Source: a virus. From it: 64,000 nucleotides of DNA. The notes beneath the pieces are model-generated. The model had not been told where the DNA came from. It worked only from the letters and a program-made list of their open reading frames with translations, and did not search any database. Positions 45,296-64,000 of this stretch are shown one piece after another. The stretch covers positions 2,977 through 66,976 of IMG/VR virus record IMGVR_UViG_3300034980_000132; one strand, given 5' to 3'. How positions within the stretch are numbered: the first letter of the stretch is position 1; every line of letters starts with the position of its first letter. The position numbers and the translations under genes are program-made.

Positions 45296-45615
45296 AATGC
45301 AATTTTGAGTGGGTATCTGATTCTGATAAGCGAGAGGGGTGGGGTGTATATAGGTGCAAGAATGGATGTAGGAACCAAAGTATCCACAGCCCCCACCCAG
45401 CGAAAGACATACATGCAGGGTGTGGAGACCCTGAGACCGCCAGAGGCCCTTGCGTACACCTCGGCAAGGCGACCAAAGACACCATAAAATGCACGACATG
45501 CAACGGCAACGTCAGAATAAGGCTGTTCGAGTGCGAATTACACAAGAGATGTTCAATTAAAAAACCCGTGGGTTTCCAGTGCTGCTGGAACTGCCCCGAT
45601 CACGAGGAGAAATAG
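45292..45615 (+). CDS. Cys-rich small protein
   Basis: CVHLG..CTTC..FECELHKRC..CCWNCPD. Confidence 0.6.
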   Translation: MKCNFEWVSDSDKREGWGVYRCKNGCRNQSIHSPHPAKDIHAGCGDPETARGPCVHLGKATKDTIKCTTCNGNVRIRLFECELHKRCSIKKPVGFQCCWNCPDHEEK

Positions 45616-45617
45616 TT

Positions 45618-46799
45618 ATGGCATCAAGATTCAAAGTTGTTCCGCACAGAAGAGGTGGTCGCGGTGTTCCGCATGTAAAAGGTTTTGGCGTTGGCACCAG
45701 CGCGGCGTCGGCGAAAGTTGTTCCGCACAGAAGAGGTGGTCCGACCGGGCCGTATCCGCGTTTGCGCCCCCTTAAACTTCCACATTCGGGAATGGTGGGG
45801 GCATTCGGTGGCACCGGAATTCCTGACCAGTACGGCCGATCGCAAGATTCACAGATTTGGGGAATAGGAGACCCAGTCTACTCAGACCTTCGTCCTGATG
45901 GGAGTCGGCTGAATCTCCAACAGCAAGAAGCCATCCGGCGCCAGAGGCTTGGGTTACAGCAAATACCCTTTCCTCCGAGCATTCCTGGTGGCGGACAGCA
46001 GGGCTGGCAGAATAGTCAGACTGGACAGGGGGGCTCCCTCAGTCAACGTATGGGGCCGTTGGGCCATGCGTACGGTGGGGGCTACGGAGGGTCAGTTGGA
46101 CACCAGCAAGCAGCTGCCGCGGCCTACCAGCCACAGCAATTCGCTGGCCCTAACGCAGCCGCGAAACAGCAGGCCGCTCAAGCTGCTTGGCAGCAGCAGC
46201 AGCAGGCTGCTCAACAACCCATGCCGGGCGTAGCCCCAGAAGGCGCAGGCGGCGGCGGCACTGACCAGTACACAGGTTACTGGGGTGACACAATCCGGGA
46301 GATGGACGCCAACCCTAACCGCAAGTGGAGAATGAAGGGTTCAAAAGATTTTCTGACGCGGGAAGACCTGATAGCGAAGGCTCAGGCAAACCCGAACGCT
46401 AAGCTCAGGGCAGGCTACGATTCCTACGGTAAAATAGGTAAAAGGAGCAACCGACCCGCAGGGCATGAGAATCGTGTAGGCGGGAGCGGTCGCTCCCAGT
46501 ACGACGGCAGTGCCGGACCGGGTCGTGTGGCCGCTGGCGGAAATTACTGGGCTAGAAAACACGCGCAGATGAAAGCAAACCCCAGGATGAAGGTATACCA
46601 AGGCTCTGGCACCAAAGGGCACCAGTACACTCTGGATGAGGTGGCACAGCTAGCCAAGGATAAACCGAACGTGAGGGCGACAGGAAGAAGCAGGAAAAAA
46701 AAGAGTGACGGCACGTGGGGGGAGTGGAAGACCAAGGATCAACATAGAGCTGACAAACGTCAACGGAATGTGGCGCGAGGCGGAAGAATATACGGCTAA
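45618..46799 (+). CDS. Low-complexity Gly/Gln/Arg-rich putative internal virion protein
   Basis: GAGGAG RBS; duplicated KVVPHRRGG; Q/A/G tracts. Confidence 0.6.
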   Translation: MASRFKVVPHRRGGRGVPHVKGFGVGTSAASAKVVPHRRGGPTGPYPRLRPLKLPHSGMVGAFGGTGIPDQYGRSQDSQIWGIGDPVYSDLRPDGSRLNLQQQEAIRRQRLGLQQIPFPPSIPGGGQQGWQNSQTGQGGSLSQRMGPLGHAYGGGYGGSVGHQQAAAAAYQPQQFAGPNAAAKQQAAQAAWQQQQQAAQQPMPGVAPEGAGGGGTDQYTGYWGDTIREMDANPNRKWRMKGSKDFLTREDLIAKAQANPNAKLRAGYDSYGKIGKRSNRPAGHENRVGGSGRSQYDGSAGPGRVAAGGNYWARKHAQMKANPRMKVYQGSGTKGHQYTLDEVAQLAKDKPNVRATGRSRKKKSDGTWGEWKTKDQHRADKRQRNVARGGRIYG

Positions 46800-46841
46800 G
46801 GTAGTTAAAAACAATAAAATAACAGCACACGGGAGAATATC

Positions 46842-47594
46842 ATGGCATGGCGCGGCAGCACACCTCCGAAGAAAAAGAAGAAGAAAAAGAAGAAGGCCCC
46901 TACGTTCAAGAAAGGGTCTGAAGGGTCATGGCAAGATCCCCTTCTTTCGAGCCAGACTAAAGGCATGAGCATGGAGGACCAGTACAACGCAGCTCAGGAC
47001 TGGGCCAACTTACAGAATGCGGAGCGAGCGAAGCACATTGGCCGGGGGTACGATGAAATGCTTAGGCATTCTGAGCGCCGGTTCGCGGGTGCAGATGCAG
47101 CGATACAAGAACGCGGCGTACACATGCAGGGTTCCGCACAGCAGAAAATGATGACCGCTGGTTTGGCAGGTTCCACCGCTGGGCTGGCCAGCCAGGGCCT
47201 TGCGTCACGGGAGACAGCGTTCGCTCGGAACAACCTCACGAAACATCGGGAGGACGCCCGGCAAGGCGTTGACATGCGTCGTCTAAAGTTCTTGGAGGAC
47301 ATCGAACAGCAGGGTCCGAACCTACAGAACATGGCTCTGCTGGCGCAGATGTCTGGGCAGTACGGCGGCGGCGGCGGCGGCCAGAAGAGACACCCGTACG
47401 GATGGGAGCAGGTACCATCTAGCCAGCCGGGTCACTTACGCCGATGGAACGGGAAAAGCTGGGAGTACGGTAGGCAAGACATAAAGGTAGGCAAGTCTGG
47501 GTTCGGAGGAATGGGCGGGATGCAGTTGGACAACAAAGCACTAACCAAACTTCCCGTGATACTCATGCAGGGACAAAACTGGAGGTCCGGTTAA
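46842..47594 (+). CDS. Putative ejection protein with an N-terminal poly-Lys tract
   Basis: K9 tract; Q.MM.AGLAGST helical segment typical of pilot/ejection proteins. Confidence 0.6.
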   Translation: MAWRGSTPPKKKKKKKKKAPTFKKGSEGSWQDPLLSSQTKGMSMEDQYNAAQDWANLQNAERAKHIGRGYDEMLRHSERRFAGADAAIQERGVHMQGSAQQKMMTAGLAGSTAGLASQGLASRETAFARNNLTKHREDARQGVDMRRLKFLEDIEQQGPNLQNMALLAQMSGQYGGGGGGQKRHPYGWEQVPSSQPGHLRRWNGKSWEYGRQDIKVGKSGFGGMGGMQLDNKALTKLPVILMQGQNWRSG

Positions 47595-48365
47595 ATGGCT
47601 GGATACCCACCATGGACTCCATTGCCATCCGGTAACCGCCGCGACATCGAGTTGGAGCAGCTTAAAATTCAGGATTACCTCTTCGAGCGCGAGAGGTTGG
47701 ATATGCCTAGCATTGAGAAAGGCAAGAAGATGGGCCAAAAGCCCATGACTGGTCGAGCAAGATACGCTCCAATGTCACGGGGCATCGGCCTCCAAAGCAT
47801 GCTCTGGAAAATTGCGGGGGAATGGTTGAGCAGGCGCGGTCCAGGGGCTGTCCCCGAAGTCTCGGATGCGCGGAAACTCCATGAAAAACGCTACGGCGAA
47901 CGGAGATATATGTATGATCCGTTTGAATATGTTGACCGAACGAGTCGTGCTTTCGGGGAATGGTATAGCGGACAGCACGGAGGCGGCGGCGGCCCGCCAA
48001 TCGCCAGCACCCGAGGGGGCGTACACCTACCTGGGGCACACTTGAGGGCATACAGTCGCTCCACCACAGCAGCTGACCGAAGAAGAGAAAGTGAAGGTCG
48101 TTATTGGAATCAGCAGACAGGTCAATGGGAACACGCGGAACCGATGGGTCGTAGACCGTCGGATTCGTTTTACGCGGCTCACGGAATGCAGACGGGTCCT
48201 CGCGCACAGGAGCTGCGTAAGGAACGTGAACAGATCGCCGATGCCCTGGCCGACGAAGAAAGACGGAAACAACACGAGCGTAACATGAGGTATCTAGCGG
48301 TCGGTAACGAAACACGACCCTGGCTGAGGCGCGAGGCGTATCTAGCGCAAGGCAACTACCCATAG
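47595..48365 (+). CDS. Hypothetical (putative internal virion) protein
   Basis: 256 aa, Arg/Gly-rich. Confidence 0.55.
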   Translation: MAGYPPWTPLPSGNRRDIELEQLKIQDYLFERERLDMPSIEKGKKMGQKPMTGRARYAPMSRGIGLQSMLWKIAGEWLSRRGPGAVPEVSDARKLHEKRYGERRYMYDPFEYVDRTSRAFGEWYSGQHGGGGGPPIASTRGGVHLPGAHLRAYSRSTTAADRRRESEGRYWNQQTGQWEHAEPMGRRPSDSFYAAHGMQTGPRAQELRKEREQIADALADEERRKQHERNMRYLAVGNETRPWLRREAYLAQGNYP

Positions 48366-48420
48366 GGTTTTGCTGTTGTCGGTTAGCTGCATAATAACAC
48401 ACGTGAGGAGTAACAATTAA

Positions 48421-50013
48421 ATGGCTGGATACCAGACACCATGGAACCAAACGGCAGCGTACCGCGCTGCTATGAACACAGGGCCGCAGTTTAACCCTCT
48501 GCATCCCAACGAGACATATCAAGAAAGGTTTCTGCGTGAACGGAAGGAGGCGCGGGATGCCCGGAAGGCTGAGTACGACGCGAACCAGAGAGATTTCCTA
48601 AACGCTACTTACGAGAACCAGAGTTCGTTTGATCAGTGGAAGGCGGGCAGGGACATGCAACGGGTGTGGGGCCCGGAGGGTGGTCAGACGAGGCGTGTTC
48701 CTGCTTATACGTCTAGTAATTTGGGAGGGAAGTGGGGCGGTCCCAGACTAATCGGTCATCGCGATGTCCGCCAGCGGGACGTGTCTCAGGGAGACCCCGC
48801 AACCGGAGGTTACGGTGGACAGGGACCCGGAGGATTCAACGAATGGTCTGCGAACAGGGACGACTACAGGAAAGCCCTGGCGGACGGCGAATTCGATAAC
48901 ATGTCCCCCTCACAGCGGGAAGAGGCCCGCATGGACATGAGTACCTTCAGAGAAGAGCAAGCCGCGGAACGGTATAAGAAGCAGCAGGAGATGATTGCCG
49001 CTAAGGAAAAACAGCTGAGAGAGGCTGCCGAGGATAAGGAGAATAAGGAGATAGGTGCCGACCCGAATGTGTACGACGGTCCCGACTGGGACAAAGATCG
49101 GCAGGCTGCGTCCGATCTCGACAAGGACGACACCCGGTTTACCCAAGAGCAGTTCATGCACGAGGACAGGTGGAACGAGGAAGACCGGCTGGCGGAGCAG
49201 CGAGACCCCAGATTCCCGTTTTCCGGCATGTACGACGAAGAAAAATTGGCTCAAGGGCGGAAGGACCTGATTAACCAGGAGAAAAACACGTACGACAGCT
49301 TCTTGCAGCGGGGAAGCAACAAAGAGGTCCGAGAAAGGCAAGCCCGAGATAGGGGTATCAACGAGGCAATCGACGATTGGACGGAATACGACAATCGGCA
49401 GGTAAGGCAGCCAGTGGACGAAGGTGTGGCTGCCGACATCGCGGCTGACTCCTCCGACAATTTTTTGCTGGATTACGAGGGCGACTGGCAGAAGCTGGGC
49501 CCCGCCCACCAAGCGACACGGAACCGAGGGGTAGAGGATGATAGCTATGATCCTCCTGACTCCGGTGGGCACGACTCTGAGGAGCAAAGAACTGGGAAGT
49601 TTAGGGGCCCCCAGCGCCAACTGGCGGACCCGCAGGCCCCAGCCACTGGCCTAGTGGGAGCGGCGGAGTGGAAGAAGGAGGCAGACAGGGTCCACAGAGA
49701 GAAAATTGGTACTGCTACCGATAAGGTGACAGCAGCAGGTGAAGCGGGGCATCTGGCTCCCGCCGAGGTGGCGAGTCTTATCTCTCAGATACGGTCTGGA
49801 AGACCTTCTGCTGTCAAGGATGCAATGTGGAGGCTACATGAGATGGGCGTCAGAGGAGGTTGGATTGACCCAATACTGCATGAAGACAGCCTACAACGTC
49901 GGCCCGGTCCCATGTCGTACGGCAACTCCCCGTTTGGCGGCTATGGGGATCGCGGACATGGAGAGGGCCCCGCGACCCCAGTTATACCGGGCCATGGGCG
50001 GTACGGTGCGTGA
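48421..50013 (+). CDS. Hypothetical (putative internal virion) protein
   Basis: GAGGAG RBS; 530 aa, charged and helical. Confidence 0.65.
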   Translation: MAGYQTPWNQTAAYRAAMNTGPQFNPLHPNETYQERFLRERKEARDARKAEYDANQRDFLNATYENQSSFDQWKAGRDMQRVWGPEGGQTRRVPAYTSSNLGGKWGGPRLIGHRDVRQRDVSQGDPATGGYGGQGPGGFNEWSANRDDYRKALADGEFDNMSPSQREEARMDMSTFREEQAAERYKKQQEMIAAKEKQLREAAEDKENKEIGADPNVYDGPDWDKDRQAASDLDKDDTRFTQEQFMHEDRWNEEDRLAEQRDPRFPFSGMYDEEKLAQGRKDLINQEKNTYDSFLQRGSNKEVRERQARDRGINEAIDDWTEYDNRQVRQPVDEGVAADIAADSSDNFLLDYEGDWQKLGPAHQATRNRGVEDDSYDPPDSGGHDSEEQRTGKFRGPQRQLADPQAPATGLVGAAEWKKEADRVHREKIGTATDKVTAAGEAGHLAPAEVASLISQIRSGRPSAVKDAMWRLHEMGVRGGWIDPILHEDSLQRRPGPMSYGNSPFGGYGDRGHGEGPATPVIPGHGRYGA

Positions 50014-50068
50014 CCCCATCGACACCGAGGTAGCGGTTGATACACAAGTAAGATAACCGGAGATCAAA

Positions 50069-52138
50069 ATGCCAATCAAGTTTACTAACGAACCAGCCAT
50101 GGGCGACATGTACGGTGCGTACGCTGCTGCTGGGCGGGGTAAGGCTCTGGAGAAGCGCAGGCAAGAGGCCATACAGCAGCAGCAGTTCGCTGCGCAGATG
50201 GCTCAAAAAGAGCGTATGCAGATTCGCCAGATGCAGTTCGAGGGCGAGAAGGCGCAATTCAATCAGCGCAACCGGTTCCAGGAACTGATGTACGGGGCGA
50301 ACCCGGAGCTACTGATTCGCAAAGACGTTTTCGATTTCAGACAAAAGTTGGCCGCTGACAAGGCTGACGCTGAGAGGTTAGAGGCAGACAGGATCAGGGG
50401 ATTAGATCAGGGCCACGACCTAAAAAGGGACAGATTAAACGACGAAAGAGAGTTCAAGCAGGAGGACATGGAGCATGATCGAGGCCGTGCGGAAGGCCAA
50501 CTAGACGAATCAATGGCGAGGAACGATGAGCTGAGGACCAGGAGTGAACGCTACAACTACCCCCATGATGTTACCAGAGAGCTTGATAAACTAGACAGGA
50601 GCATAGCTGACGCGAGGAACCCGAACGGTTCGCTCAAAGACGTTGACGAGAACGCTCGTAACAGGCGCTTGGCGGACCTGTACGACATGCAGAATGGAAT
50701 AATGGAGGGTGCAAACACCGAAAGGAACATGAAACCGCCGGAGTTTGGGCAAGATCGCATCATCAATGACCCACTGACCGGAGATCCCGTCGGAGTTAGA
50801 AGGTGGCAGGGTAGGGACCCAGATACGGGTGAGGGTATTTATGGTGACATTGAGGACTTACCGTCCTCCGGCCCGCCGCAGGCAGAACCCATGAAGCCCA
50901 ACGAGAGGGCTGCTCGGATCAACGAAGCTGCGGACAGCATACTCGCAGATGCCATAAGAGTGCGGGCAGCCAATAAGCCCCGATTCCAGGACGAAAACGA
51001 AGCTCATACTCCTCAGCACCGGCAAGCAGCCACTAGTGCTTGGGAGTTGAAATACCCAGAAATGACTTACGCGGAAGCCAGGGAAAAGGCCACGGAAATG
51101 ATTGACGGCGAGGTACAAGCTGAACGGGAAAGAAGCGACAAGGCGTACGCCGACCAGCAAGCGGGAGAAGACGACAGGGCAAACAATTACAAGCACGCTA
51201 CGAAATACAAAAGCATAATGAAGAAGGTGTTGTCGGATTGGTACAACAGCGTACATGGGCGCGGGTTTGAGGAGAACGAGGGTAACGCAGAAGCCAGAGA
51301 GATTGTAGCTGGGTTGCCTCGTGACCTACACCCTGGAAGCATGACCGATGAGCAGGCTGAGGAGTACATGGACGCAGATGAGTACCCAGTGCTACATGCA
51401 GCGATCATGGAACGAGAAGGGCTGGGTGAGGAAACTAGGAAGTGGCGCGCAGAAGCAGAAGCAGCCGAAGCAGAGGCAGCAGAAGGAGGAGAAGAGGCAG
51501 CAGAAGGAGGAGAAGAGGGCGGAGCACCAGCGGAAGCAGAAGGAGAACCAGCAGTAGAAGAAGACACGCCCGTGGAACCGCCAATAGCTGATCCGTACAC
51601 TGGCCTAGAGGGGTGGGATGACGAAGCAGCCGGAGCGGCAGAGAGGGACCCTGGGTTGGATGCTGGCGGAATGCCCATAGTACCACCGGAAACCCTCGGC
51701 GGGTCAGTAGACGCCAGACTGGATGCCTCGGAGCGGAATGCTAGGAATTTCGCGGATGCCACTGCGGAGGGGGAGGATCTGGCCCCGCCCACCCATGAGA
51801 AGCTATCGAAGCCCCTCGTCCAGGCGGGCGAACCATGGATGAACCCTCATACTCCTGGTAAAGAATACACGGGCGATTGGCCAGCCTTTAGGATAAATAG
51901 TGGTCGTGCCCTGGGCCCAGACGCATCGCAAGAATCTATCGACGCTATGTTGAGTTATCAAAGAATCCTCGCGGAGCTTCCACGGGTGTTCGACGAAAAG
52001 AGCGGCGTGTATCATTCCGACTGGGAGGAGCTGACGCCGGGGCAGAGGGCTCGCCTAGCAGAATACCAGTTGATAATGACGAGCGAGGGAACTATGGTGA
52101 CCCCTCCCCCTAGCGGTCCAGACCCGTTGGCGTACTGA
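50069..52138 (+). CDS. Putative ejection protein
   Basis: 689 aa; MPI...G.AY.AGRG N-terminus, Gln-rich coiled coil, AEGGEE repeats. Confidence 0.65.
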   Translation: MPIKFTNEPAMGDMYGAYAAAGRGKALEKRRQEAIQQQQFAAQMAQKERMQIRQMQFEGEKAQFNQRNRFQELMYGANPELLIRKDVFDFRQKLAADKADAERLEADRIRGLDQGHDLKRDRLNDEREFKQEDMEHDRGRAEGQLDESMARNDELRTRSERYNYPHDVTRELDKLDRSIADARNPNGSLKDVDENARNRRLADLYDMQNGIMEGANTERNMKPPEFGQDRIINDPLTGDPVGVRRWQGRDPDTGEGIYGDIEDLPSSGPPQAEPMKPNERAARINEAADSILADAIRVRAANKPRFQDENEAHTPQHRQAATSAWELKYPEMTYAEAREKATEMIDGEVQAERERSDKAYADQQAGEDDRANNYKHATKYKSIMKKVLSDWYNSVHGRGFEENEGNAEAREIVAGLPRDLHPGSMTDEQAEEYMDADEYPVLHAAIMEREGLGEETRKWRAEAEAAEAEAAEGGEEAAEGGEEGGAPAEAEGEPAVEEDTPVEPPIADPYTGLEGWDDEAAGAAERDPGLDAGGMPIVPPETLGGSVDARLDASERNARNFADATAEGEDLAPPTHEKLSKPLVQAGEPWMNPHTPGKEYTGDWPAFRINSGRALGPDASQESIDAMLSYQRILAELPRVFDEKSGVYHSDWEELTPGQRARLAEYQLIMTSEGTMVTPPPSGPDPLAY

Positions 52139-52194
52139 GAGACTACTCCAGTTATACCACAAGCTAATCCCAGATACTAATCGGGACCAAGAAA

Positions 52195-64000
<11,806 letters not shown>

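Noticed and set aside
39534-45615. Diversity-generating retroelement acting on tail genes
   Set aside because: No reverse transcriptase and no TR/VR repeat pair seen in the window.
45633-45741. 28-bp direct repeat (AAAGTTGTTCCGCACAGAAGAGGTGGTC) x2 resembling a mini-CRISPR
   Set aside because: Only two copies, with an 81-nt in-frame period encoding a repeated peptide inside a CDS; no cas genes or leader.

Overview
This window is a roughly 59% GC (by eye) slice of a tailed dsDNA bacteriophage genome with podovirus-like morphogenesis genes. The host is probably a planctomycete, inferred from Planctomycete-type cytochrome c genes. Layout: (1) 97-12571 (+), replication module: SNF2 helicase, SSB-like protein, prim-pol, a repeat-rich origin-like gap, UvrD-like helicase, VRR-NUC, GNAT, trypsin-like protease, 3'-5' exonuclease, HD hydrolase and family A DNA polymerase. 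(2) 12568-16824 (+), accessory cassette: subtilase, two exported CxxCH heme-c proteins and a secreted Asn/Phe/Arg-repeat protein. (3) 16778-26488 (-), early/accessory arm: lysine/saccharopine dehydrogenase, serine recombinase, vWA-metallopeptidase/MoxR-like AAA trio, and many small genes separated by structured RNA elements. (4) A divergent non-coding gap at about 26490-27140. (5) 27141 onward (+): terminase, portal, scaffold, capsid, tail and ejection-type proteins, ending in a giant (at least 3,935 aa) polyvalent-type ORF that runs off the window and is absent from the ORF track. The standout observation is a complete, canonical tRNA-Asp(GUC) cloverleaf (10592-10665) sitting in frame, as a 25-codon segment, inside the exonuclease domain of the DNA polymerase gene. 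Other notable items are the phage-borne cytochrome c cassette, an EndoIII-like glycosylase domain and two zincin motifs in the giant protein, a tRNA-like minihelix, and a three-copy covarying intergenic RNA hairpin. All protein calls come from motif recognition by eye; no database searches were run.
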